A DNA stretch of 64,000 bases from positions 46,013-110,012 of IMG/VR virus record IMGVR_UViG_3300021964_000022, one strand, 5' to 3'. The position numbers were made by a program, and so were the translations under genes. The notes under the pieces are model-generated. The model made no database searches, was not told the origin of the DNA, and saw only the letters and a list, made by a program, of their open reading frames with translations. Below are positions 1 to 10,800 of the stretch, piece after piece. Within the stretch, counting starts at the first letter, position 1, and every line of letters starts with the position of its first letter. Source of the stretch: a virus.

Positions 1-10
1 CGGATAATTA

Positions 11-1459
11 ATGCAACATTTTTATGATGGACAAATAAGAAGGTATCTTACTCAAATAATTAGACTTATGAGTAATTTCTCATACAAAGACGGTGACGGT
101 AAACTTACACAAGTTCCTACAATGTATGGAGATATTACAAGGCAAGTTGCAAGTATTATACGTGACAATAGTGAAAACAAAATTCCAAGTGCTCCACGTA
201 TTGGTGTGTACATTCAAGACCTTGCAATAGACAGAGATCGTACTGCTGATCCAACGTATACAAGTAAAGTACATATTAGAGAACGTGGTTATGATAGCAA
301 CAATAACGAATATTTAAATACGCAAGGCAAGAATTATACTGTTGAACGACTAATGCCTACACCATATAATCTAACAGTTAAAGCAGATATTTGGTCAACT
401 AATACAGATCAAAAATTACAAATTATGGAACAGATTTTAATGCTGTTCAACCCAAGTTTAGAAATACAAACAACAGACAACTACATTGACTGGACAAGTT
501 TAACTGTTGTAAATTTAGATAGTGTTACATTTAGTAGTAGGAGTATTCCAGTTGGAACAGAGTCTGAAATTGATGTTGGGTCATTAGTATTTTCAACTCC
601 GATTTACTTGTCGCCACCTGTAAAAGTTAAAAAGATGGGTGTTATTACTAATATTGTGATGAGTATATTCGATGAAAGTAACGGAACAATTAATTTAGGC
701 AATTCAGGACCAAGCCTAAATGCATACAATGATAGTGCTAGTTTAGAATCAGGAAGTAAAATAGTTGAAAAAGCCGATGGTACAAAAGAACCTACTACAA
801 CTAAAAAATCTAACGAAGAAACTTTAGTATCAAATACATATCAAAACTATGATCTTATTGTATTAGGTAATATTGCAACACTTGGACGCAAAGGTCAGAC
901 TGGTGTTGAGGAATGGGCTAACTACTTCAAAGCAGTACCAGGAATGTATAATGCTGGAGTAACACAACTACAATTAAAACGCACAGACATTGCATCAAGT
1001 GTAAACGGTACAGTTGCTATTAACGCAAGTGACCCTACACAATTAATAGTTAATTGGGACGCAGATACAATTCCTAGTAATACAGTTATTGAAGGACCAA
1101 CAAAAACTTCTGGTACAATCGATTACATTATCGATCCTATGAAATTTAATCCGGCACAGTCTAAAGCAAACGGCATTAGATTATTAATACTAAGTGACAT
1201 TGGTGCAAAAGATAATACTGATGGACCAGATGCATGGAAAAATGACAATAATACTGATTTTATTGCAGGTGCTAATGATATAATTGAATGGAATGGCACT
1301 GCATGGGAAGTAATATTTGATGCTAGTGCTAACAAATCTGATAACGTTGTATATACGACAAACTTAAATACCGGTGTACAATACAAGTACGCTAACGAAG
1401 AATGGGTACTGAGCTTCGAAGGTGAATACCAAAACGGAACCTGGCGTATAGTACTCTAA
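11..1459 (+). CDS. gp15: T4 gp15-like tail terminator / sheath stabiliser with C-terminal extension
   Basis: N-terminus HFYDGQIRRYLTQIIRLMSNF and internal PTPYNLT...DIWS...QIMEQILMLFNP are typical of T4-like gp15; about 200 extra C-terminal residues. Confidence 0.7.
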   Translation: MQHFYDGQIRRYLTQIIRLMSNFSYKDGDGKLTQVPTMYGDITRQVASIIRDNSENKIPSAPRIGVYIQDLAIDRDRTADPTYTSKVHIRERGYDSNNNEYLNTQGKNYTVERLMPTPYNLTVKADIWSTNTDQKLQIMEQILMLFNPSLEIQTTDNYIDWTSLTVVNLDSVTFSSRSIPVGTESEIDVGSLVFSTPIYLSPPVKVKKMGVITNIVMSIFDESNGTINLGNSGPSLNAYNDSASLESGSKIVEKADGTKEPTTTKKSNEETLVSNTYQNYDLIVLGNIATLGRKGQTGVEEWANYFKAVPGMYNAGVTQLQLKRTDIASSVNGTVAINASDPTQLIVNWDADTIPSNTVIEGPTKTSGTIDYIIDPMKFNPAQSKANGIRLLILSDIGAKDNTDGPDAWKNDNNTDFIAGANDIIEWNGTAWEVIFDASANKSDNVVYTTNLNTGVQYKYANEEWVLSFEGEYQNGTWRIVL

Positions 1460-1472
1460 AATAAGTACTAGC

Positions 1473-1913
1473 ATGCCAGATATATCATGTAGTGGATCGT
1501 TAATTTATTCTTTAGAAACTAAACGTTTCTTAATGCTTCATAGAACAAAAACAAAACAAAACAATGTTTGGGGCCTTGTAGGCGGAAAAGGCAAAACAGC
1601 CGAAACCCCTTGGAAGACACTTGAACGTGAGATCAATGAAGAACTAGGATTCAATCCAGAGATTATAAAATCTATACCTTTAGAAACTTTTGTATCAAAT
1701 GATGAAAGGTTTAATTTTCATACATATTTGTGTGTTGTTAAAAAAGAATTTATACCAATACTCAACGACGAACATGATGGTTATGCATGGGTAAGTTTTG
1801 GCAAGTGGCCAAAGCCGTTGCATCTAGGCTTACGCAATACTTTGCAAAGCAAACAAAACATTACAAAATTACAAACAGTATTTGAATTAATAACGATATT
1901 AGAAAATGAATAA
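1473..1913 (+). CDS. Nudix hydrolase
   Basis: Nudix box GGKGKTAETPWKTLEREINEELG (GX5EX7REUXEEXG). Confidence 0.9.
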   Translation: MPDISCSGSLIYSLETKRFLMLHRTKTKQNNVWGLVGGKGKTAETPWKTLEREINEELGFNPEIIKSIPLETFVSNDERFNFHTYLCVVKKEFIPILNDEHDGYAWVSFGKWPKPLHLGLRNTLQSKQNITKLQTVFELITILENE

Positions 1914-3069
1914 AGTATTAGTGATCGGCGATGTCATTATTGACAAATATATTTACGGTACGTCTACACGTATCAGCCCAGAAGCACCTGTACCTGTAAT
2001 AACTTACATTGATGAAAAAGAAACAAGAGGCGGTGCAGGACTTGTATATGAAAATTTAAAAAGTTTAGGTGTTGATGTTGATATGTTTGAAACACCTGGA
2101 GACATTAGTGTTAAAACTAGAATAATCTGTGACGGACATTATATTACACGTATCGACGATGATGCATCGGCAAAAGGAATGGAAGTACTAAAACAAGTAC
2201 AAGAAACTGATTTTTCACAGTACGACTATGTTGTACTAAGTGACTACAACAAAGGTGTGTTAGATGAAGCAAAAGATATTATTGCACACATTAACAAGTA
2301 TAATTGTAAAGTAATTGTTGATCCAAAAGAAAATGCTTGGTTCTACGAAAATGCTTGGTTAGTAAAACCTAACTACAACGAATTCCATGATTTAGGATTT
2401 AATGAATGGCAGGGTAATATTATTACAACTAATGCCGGTGAAGAAGTTATTGCACACATTGATGGTAAAAACTATGAGATCCCAGTTGACAATTTAGAAG
2501 TAGCAGACGTAACAGGAGCCGGTGATTGTTTTCTAGCTGGGTTTGTTTATGCACTTACACAAGGATATGATTACGAAACTTGTTTAAAAATTGCTGTAAA
2601 AGGATCGTCTGAAAGTGTAAAACATAGTGGTACATATATCCTTACAAAACATGATGTCGAACATACAACAGTGTTTACAAATGGTTGTTTTGACATAATA
2701 CACAAAGGACATATTGAATTATTGAAATACGCTTCAACACTAGGACATGAATTAATTGTAGGTTTAAACAGTGATGCAAGTGTTAAAAAATTAAAAGGTG
2801 CAACTAGACCTTACAATGATGAAAAAACAAGATACGAAACTCTTTTTTCTTTACCATTTGTTAAAAAAGTGGTTGTATTTGATGACGAAACACCGTATAA
2901 TATAATAAAACAAATTAAGCCTAAGTACATTGTAAAAGGCGGAGATTATACTATAGAAGAAGTTGTAGGACACGATTTAGCAGAAGTTAGACTATTTCCT
3001 ACAGTTGAAGGCTACAGTTCAAGTTATACAATAGAGAGAATGAATGAAAATATTAGTAACAGGACATAA
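1906..3069 (+). CDS. hldE: Bifunctional D-glycero-beta-D-manno-heptose-7-phosphate kinase / heptose-1-phosphate adenylyltransferase
   Basis: PfkB kinase motifs (GDVIIDKY, RISPEAPVPV, SDYNKG, VTGAGD) fused to a nucleotidyltransferase domain (FTNGCFDIIHKGH, GLNSDASV, VKGGDY). Confidence 0.9.
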   Translation: MNKVLVIGDVIIDKYIYGTSTRISPEAPVPVITYIDEKETRGGAGLVYENLKSLGVDVDMFETPGDISVKTRIICDGHYITRIDDDASAKGMEVLKQVQETDFSQYDYVVLSDYNKGVLDEAKDIIAHINKYNCKVIVDPKENAWFYENAWLVKPNYNEFHDLGFNEWQGNIITTNAGEEVIAHIDGKNYEIPVDNLEVADVTGAGDCFLAGFVYALTQGYDYETCLKIAVKGSSESVKHSGTYILTKHDVEHTTVFTNGCFDIIHKGHIELLKYASTLGHELIVGLNSDASVKKLKGATRPYNDEKTRYETLFSLPFVKKVVVFDDETPYNIIKQIKPKYIVKGGDYTIEEVVGHDLAEVRLFPTVEGYSSSYTIERMNENISNRT

Positions 3070-3880
3070 AGGATTTATAGGCCAAAACTTAGTCTATTAT
3101 TTTTTAGGTAAAGGTCATAAGGTTGACGGATTTGATTGGGTACCAAACATTATACCCGATGTTACTCGCTATGATTGGATAATACATCTAGGTGCTATAA
3201 GTGATACTACTGAAAAAGATGTAGATAAAGTTTGGGAACAAAATTTTGAATTTACAAGTAGACTAATACAAGTATGTGACCAATTTGGAGTTAATCTACA
3301 ACTAGCAAGTACTAATGCAGTATACGGTCCTGGATTTGACGGCTTTAGAGAAGATTCAAAATGTTTGCCGCAGACACCTTATGCATGGAGCAAATACTTA
3401 ATTGACAAGAGTATAAAAGATGTCGGAGTAGAAAATTTTTCAAATTTAGTGCAATCATTTAGATATACAAATGTATACGGTCCTGGTGAAGGACACAAGA
3501 AAAACCAAATGAGCATGATTAGTAAATGGCAAGACCAAGCCGCTCGCAACGGTAGTATTGTTGTGTTCGAAGATAGTGATACCTTTCATAGAGATTTAAT
3601 TTGCGTATACGATGTTTGTAAAATACATGAAGCAATGATGGAAAAAGATGTAAGCGGTGTATTTAACTGTGGAACTGGAAAAGCAGTTAATCTAGAAGAA
3701 ACTGCTCAAATGCTTGCAAAGAAAATGAATGCTACAGTAATACACGAACCTATGCCAGTAACATTACGTCCCCAGTATCAACCATATACAGAAGCAGATA
3801 TGACACTAATACAAGAACATATTAAACTACCTAAATTTTGGTCAGTAGAGGAGTACTTAAATGATACAGGTGTTCGATGA
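3044..3880 (+). CDS. hldD: ADP-L-glycero-D-manno-heptose 6-epimerase-like extended SDR
   Basis: TGHKGFIG NAD motif, HLGAISDTTE, YAWSK (YxxxK), NVYGPGEGHK; overlaps hldE. Confidence 0.8.
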   Translation: MKILVTGHKGFIGQNLVYYFLGKGHKVDGFDWVPNIIPDVTRYDWIIHLGAISDTTEKDVDKVWEQNFEFTSRLIQVCDQFGVNLQLASTNAVYGPGFDGFREDSKCLPQTPYAWSKYLIDKSIKDVGVENFSNLVQSFRYTNVYGPGEGHKKNQMSMISKWQDQAARNGSIVVFEDSDTFHRDLICVYDVCKIHEAMMEKDVSGVFNCGTGKAVNLEETAQMLAKKMNATVIHEPMPVTLRPQYQPYTEADMTLIQEHIKLPKFWSVEEYLNDTGVR

Positions 3881-4367
3881 TGTATTAGATTATAATAGCT
3901 TTGAACATGCACAAGTTGCTGTTATGGAACAAACTCCATTTAAGTTTGGTTGGCGTGATAGACGTACTACCGACGAAGTTTATCTGCACAGTAGACTAGA
4001 TTTAGAAGCACTAAACGAACTTAACATATTGCCACATTTAACACATGAAAGGTATAAAAATTTTATAAAGCCTACATTATTTGACTTTGCTATTGTAAAT
4101 TGTGACAATATAGGCAGTGTACATTATAGTCATACACACAAAGATACTAATGTATTTTTATTATATCTTAACGAAACATGGAATCAAGAATGGGGCGGAG
4201 AAACTTTATTCTTTGATCAGGAATCAGGTAAAGAAATTGAATTTGCGTGTACTCCTAAACCAAATAGAGCTATTTGGTTCGACGGTGAAATACCACATAG
4301 TATTAGAGCGCCAATAATAAACAAATGGAGATTTAGTATCTCATTATTTTTTAGGAAAGAACAATGA
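3861..4367 (+). CDS. 2OG-Fe(II) oxygenase
   Basis: HTH ligand motif, W..EWGGET.F, PKPNRAIWFDGEIPH, RFSI. Confidence 0.8.
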   Translation: MIQVFDDVLDYNSFEHAQVAVMEQTPFKFGWRDRRTTDEVYLHSRLDLEALNELNILPHLTHERYKNFIKPTLFDFAIVNCDNIGSVHYSHTHKDTNVFLLYLNETWNQEWGGETLFFDQESGKEIEFACTPKPNRAIWFDGEIPHSIRAPIINKWRFSISLFFRKEQ

Positions 4368-4774
4368 CACAGTTGACAGGTAAAGTAGATAAAGGTTGGG
4401 GCTTTGAATTAATTTGGGCGACCAATGACAAATATTGTGGAAAAATTATGGTATTTGAAAAAGTTGGCAGTAAGTTTAGTTTACATTTTCATAAAGAAAA
4501 AGACGAAACTTGGTTTGTAAATAATGGAAGATTTTTATTAAAATGGATTGATACATCTAATGCACAACTAAATGAACTAGAACTAAAAGAAGGCGATACA
4601 TGGCACAATCCTCCATTACAACCGCATCAATTAATTGCACTAGAAGCCGGAAGTAGTGTTACAGAAGTTAGTACTGCGGACAGTGTTGAAGATAATTATA
4701 GAATTGTTAGAGGAGATTCACAGTCAGTTGAAAACACTCCTACTCCAGAAGAACCAAAAAGCGAAACAGAATAA
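4364..4774 (+). CDS. Cupin protein (sugar-phosphate/ketol isomerase-like)
   Basis: KGWGFELIW, SLHFHKEKDETW, HNPPLQPHQL cupin metal motifs. Confidence 0.75.
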   Translation: MTQLTGKVDKGWGFELIWATNDKYCGKIMVFEKVGSKFSLHFHKEKDETWFVNNGRFLLKWIDTSNAQLNELELKEGDTWHNPPLQPHQLIALEAGSSVTEVSTADSVEDNYRIVRGDSQSVENTPTPEEPKSETE

Positions 4775-4789
4775 TTAAAATTTAGATAT

Positions 4790-4820
4790 AAAAAAAGGAG
4801 CAATAAATGCTCCTTTTTTT
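4790..4820. terminator. Bidirectional intrinsic terminator
   Basis: AAAAAAAGGAGCA-ATAAA-TGCTCCTTTTTTT between convergent genes. Confidence 0.85.
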
Positions 4821-4839
4821 GTGATTCTGTAAAGAAGTA

Positions 4840-7800
4840 TTAAGCCTGAGCTTCACCCCATTTAATAATAATATTAGCATTAACTGCCGCACCTGAAGTT
4901 TTATAAACATTCACTGCTAGTACATCTGGTCCATTCGGGAATGTACCTCTACCACCTAGTGTAGTGTTTGTTAATTCTTTTAACTGTCCTAGATCAAGAT
5001 CTGATCTTTCACCTGGCGTAGCAATAAATGAAAATACTGTTTCACCTGGCTGTGCATACGGAGGTTGTCTAAACACAAAGTTAAATGCATCACCTGGACT
5101 AACTGTACCTGTTGCGGCATTGTTAAACGATACTCTGTAGTAGTTAACAAATTCACCCGGTACATCCGGATCACCAAATAGTAACGGTCCTTCTACACCA
5201 GACACATATGTTGATGCTGGAAACGCAATATCACCTTGGTCAGTTGGTGGATCATTAAGTTCTGTACCAGATTTTGCGCCACTTGCTGTCCATGATGCTT
5301 CAGTAAACAACGCAAAGTTTCTGTTATCAGAATCTCCGCCAAAAGCAAATGTAATGTTTTGGTTATCTACTAGGTTACTTGTTGAAGTTGTACTAAATCT
5401 TACAAATACATATGATCCTTGGTTTGTTATCTGAGTAATTGTTGTACCGTTTGCAAATTTTGAATCGTCAACTTCACTACCTACTACTAAGTTTTTGTCT
5501 AAGAAACTTGGGTAGAAGTAAGCATAGTTTCTACGTCTATTAGACTGGAATGTATTCATCTGTGCGTTGACTTGTGTTCTTGGAATGATTGTTGCTGTTG
5601 CAGTAGTTGATGTATCTCCTGAACTCCATACAACCGAACCACCTGATGCAACTTGTGCGAAACTTGGCTGTCCACCTTGTGCTAGTCCTGACAGTCCCTG
5701 CCAACCAACATCTGCTGGATTCAATGGATAGTTTTGTGGATTAAGAATACCTTCAACAACAATACCGCCTAAGATACTATTTCCACTACCGTCTTCACCA
5801 TCTGATGTAATCTCCATAGACTGCATAAGCAACTGAGCTCTGTTTAGTAGTTCTCTGTCACCTAAGTCGCCAACAATAGCGTTTGAAACACTAGGTGCTA
5901 GTCGTAATAAGAATGCTGTTTGTCTTGTAGTACTAATAGCCAATCCTGTTTCTGTATATGAGAAGATATATCCTCTATCATCATCAAAATTACCATCTGT
6001 AATAAACGCTGAACCCCAGTGTGATATAAGTGGTGTAATAGTATTACTTACAAGTACAACACCTGTTTTCTTATCGTGTGTTGTTGCTGGACCTGCTGTG
6101 TACTGTCTTTGGGCACCAGCTTGGAAGTTAAACATACTTACTGCTCTAGTCAATCCTGTTAATCTATTTTGTGCATAATCTACACTACTAAATGCAATTA
6201 GTTCGTTATCAATATAAACTGTTCCACTAGTTGGGAAGAAACGTGCATCATCTAACGGAACATATGCAGTATTGTCTGACATATTTTCTGATAGTTTTCC
6301 TGGAGGTCCTTCGTTAGTAACTTCATAACGTACAGGTAAGTTACCTGAACGCATAAATGCTTCTGTGTTTACGTTTGAGTTACGCATTCTGTGTGCAAAC
6401 ACAAAGTTACCATCTGCACCACGTAGCATCCAATCAATAAAACCAGCACCATACCAACTGTACTGAATTCCAATCATCTGCATGTATGCAATGTCAATTT
6501 TATATCCGCTTGGTCCTGTACCATCTAATCTATCTAAGTTGAATTCATCTTGTTTAACTTTTTTATCAGTTACCAAACATACCTTTGCCGCTAATACAGC
6601 ATTTACACCTCTGTAATCTGGTGTAACTGTACATTGAGTTTGACTGTTAACATGACTTACAACGTGTGTCATTCCTCTGATAACAATTCTATCACCTGCT
6701 TTTAGCTGATCTCTAAACTTAGTACCAGTTCCTGTAATAAGGTTTGCATCAGGAGCAATAGCAATAGTTCCTGCAATTTGTTTTGTACTTGTACGCTGTG
6801 CTACTGTAATATTAGAACCATCGTATTCCCAATAAATTCCGTTTTGATCATCAAAGATACCTGAACGCACAGTTGCACCGTGCCAACCTGTTACAGCAAC
6901 CTGAGCCGCAAATCCTAGTGTAGCTTCTATACTTCCTAAACGTCTTACACCTAGAACTTTAAATGTTCTTTCGTTTACAACTTGCGTAACTGTGTAATTA
7001 CCATTATAACCTTCTGTCTCTACACCTATAAGTCTAACTTTACCGCCAACCTGCATTCCGTGATCGTTATCATCACATGTTACAGTGATTGTTGATCCAA
7101 CTTCTGTTCCGTTTGAAGTAACACTTGCAATGTCATAACTTGGAGCAAATAGTGCACCAGTTGTGTACATAATACCTTTACCTGATTGGTATCTAATATA
7201 TTTCTTACTTTGACGTATTGCTTGTGCGCCGTGTTGTGGTCCGCCTGTTCCTAACTGAACACCACCATCATATGGTCTGTGAATAAAGAAACTGTCTGGA
7301 CGTAAGTAGATGTTAGCTAGAATACTATCGTTACCTGTAGTTGTTATAGCACCAGGTGCTCTTGCTGGGTATCTAATAGTATTAACTGTTGGAACTTGTG
7401 TTGCAATAAATGCGCCACTTGCTAATGAGTGATTGTTAGTTCCACCACCTTCTCCATCATCGGAGCTCACTGTTACAATAAATGTCGCGCCTGGAACAAC
7501 TCCGTGTGCGTTAGTAAATGTTGCTTCTAATGTTGCTAATGCTTCGAATGGAATCTCTTCAGCCGCTGTAATTGGAGCAGTTGTAAATTCTGACATTGTA
7601 ACTGAGTTAACTAATGATAAACTATCACCTGCAATACTTGTACCTGTTACTGATCCAGTTGAAATTGCACCAGTTGACACACCGGTTACAGTTACTACGG
7701 CATCATTTGCTGGACTTGCGCCACCTAAATCAGTACCTAAAATAGTAATAGTATTACCCACTCTATAGTTTGTACCGCCAGTTACATTAACTGCTACTGA

Positions 7801-10800
7801 AGCGTATGCGGAACCTGTTCTTGTAATATCTAAACTTGCGCCTGATCCGTTGTTTGCAACGTTTGTACCTGATACTCCCGTAAACACACTAGCTAATGTG
7901 CTAGGTGTACCAACTGAACTTATTGCTTCAACTTCACCTAAGTTACCTGCTGTAGTTACAGTTATGGTTATATCATTAGCCGGAGTTGATCCGCCTAATT
8001 GACTTCCTTCAATAACAAATGTTTGACCTAGGTGGTAATCTGTTCCAGCAGTAGCAATAGTTACTGTGTATGCCGCACCATCATTTTCAATATCAAATGT
8101 TGCACCTGAGCCTGCTAAGTCACTACCACTTTTACCAAAGAAGCCGCCTGAATCTGCCGCTGTTGCTTGTGATGATACATCAGCGCCTTCTATTCTAAAT
8201 CCTATTACTTCACCACTTGCACCTACATCGTTAATTCTTAAAACTAAGTTATTTGTTGGCGCTGTACCACCTAAATCAGCACCTGAACAAGTAATTGTGT
8301 CTGCTGTTGTATAACCTGTACCAGCCGCTGAAATATTTACACTGTAAATACCACTTGATGCTGTAACACCAAATTCAAAGCCCGAACCTGAACCACCAGT
8401 GTAACTTAATTCACTGCTGTTAAAGTTATATGATCTATCTTCTGGCGGTGGAGTACCTATTGACCAGTCGCCTGTATCAATAGCTGTACCTGTAATATTT
8501 CCTGAGCCGTCTACACTTGTTACTTTAAATACTAAATCGTTACCGCCAGCACTTTGATTACCGTCTACACCAGTTCCTGGTAATATACTGCTACCTAAGA
8601 CTCTAATTCTATCATTAACAGCATAACCTGCACTGCCGTTCGGTGAATTTAGTGTAACAGTAGCATATGCACCGTCTGCATAAGTAATGTCTATCTGTGG
8701 TAACGTACTACCGCCTGCGTTTGTATATGTTGTAGTTGGATTATTATATGTAATCGCACCGTCTAGTGCTGTACCTGAGATAGTTACTGCTGTAATACCT
8801 CCACTACCGTCAACTGTTGAAACTGTAATTGTTGCATCATTAGCAGGAGTTGTGCCGCCTGTGTTTGCTCCAGATACTAATATCTGATCGCCTGTAACAT
8901 ATCCGCTACCTGCTTGATCAATACTGTCAACACTATAAACTGCGCCAGCCTTGCTTACCGTAAATTCTGCGTTAATACCTGCGGCCGCTGTTGTTGTTCC
9001 TGAAACTGCTGTATAAGTTTGTTGGCTTTGTGTTAGTGCCGCTGTAAATTCGCCACTCATAGTTACAGTATTTCCTGTAACGTCTGTTACGAAAATACCA
9101 TCACCTGTACCATTATTTGCCGCTAGTCCGACTACAATACCTGTAGTACTTGATACATCAAATGTAGTATCACCTATACTAATAGGTGCAGTAGTTATCG
9201 GTACTAATGCATTTCCGTTTGGAGTACTTGAAACACCAGTTACCTGTGCGCCTTCTGGAATATCAGCATAAACAATCGGTGCGCCAATTTCTGGAACATC
9301 ACCTGTAAATGCTAATCTATTTTCACCAGTCTGAGCCGCTAAACTAAGTGTCATAGTACCCGCAGTACCGTTACTTACAACAGTAACAGCTGGGTTACCA
9401 ACTGCCGCTCCTGTATAAAAATCACCTTTACGTAATTGTGTATAAGTTGTTGAAAGAACATCACCGTTAGTTGTACCAACTTTTGCTTTTGCAAAAAATG
9501 TAAATGTATTATTTGTAGGAACAGTAGTAATAACAAAACTACCTTCTGCTCTACTTGCGCCGACTACACTGTCTTCAAGAGCTTTAATTGTAATTGGAGT
9601 ACCAGGAGTAAATCCGTGTGAACCCTGTGTAGTAACTGTAATTAAACTTGCACCAATTCCATCTGTGCCAGCTGAAGCGTCTGTAACAACTGATTGTACT
9701 TCTGTATCAGTGCCTGGAATTTCGTATATACTCGGATAACCACGCTGTGTACCAATAGCTGACCATTTAGTAGGCTGTAGTCCATATTCAAAGTCAGCGT
9801 CAAGCATTGACAATGGAGGAGCAATACGCATACGCTCAATAGCATCAGTACCAAAATCGTATGGTCTTGTTCTAATTTCTGGAGTTTCTACATAAATTTG
9901 TACATCATCTGTAGTTTCATGTGCCGATGTATTGTACTTAAGATTAAGTGTAACAACACCGTCTGTCATCTGTAGATATTTTTTAAAGTCATCATCAGCA
10001 TCTCTGTTTGCAGATGTAAAGTCGTATTTTAGTGTATAACCACTACTGTCTCGAGGTATGTCATCTGTTTTAAGTGCTAGTGTTGCTCCTTTAGCAGGGT
10101 CGCTAAAGTTATAAATTATTTCGTTACGTGTACTATTTGTAATTAAAAGTATATCACTTAAATCATAATTACCTTCAAATCTAATATGACCTAAACCTTT
10201 GTTTTCTAAAGTAGGTAAACTACTTAGACCATTTGTAATAACATCAATTACTATTCCAGAAAGTGTACTAATTCTAGTTGCACCATTTCCTTCTGCTGTT
10301 TTAGAAACATCAATAGTTTGAGCTATTTCTGATTGATATGGCGTAGCTTGTGCAGTATTTGTTAAGATGTTGTTGTTAATTAAGTTTCTTGTAAATTCTT
10401 TTGCACGTATTTCTGGAAGTCTGTCGCCATCAACCTGAGCTACACTTCCTTCCCAATATGTGCTTGCTATTCTATATGTTTCTTCATTACCATTATATCG
10501 TAAATCATGTAACCACGCTGTAAGGTTAAAGCCTGTATCACGTTCACACTTTTCTTGGTTATATGAGTATGCCGCTTCTGGAGTAACTTCAGAAATAATA
10601 GTTGTTTGGTTTGAATCAATAGCATTATAAGCAGTTGTTAAACTTGCACTTACCCAACCAATACTAGGTGTTGTTCTTGTTATACTATCAATTGATCCTG
10701 CTGTTGTAATTTCGTTTGCTGTATATTGAATTAATGTATTCCAATTAATATTACCAATAGTAACAATATCAGAACCGCCATCTTCGTCTTGAGCAACGTT

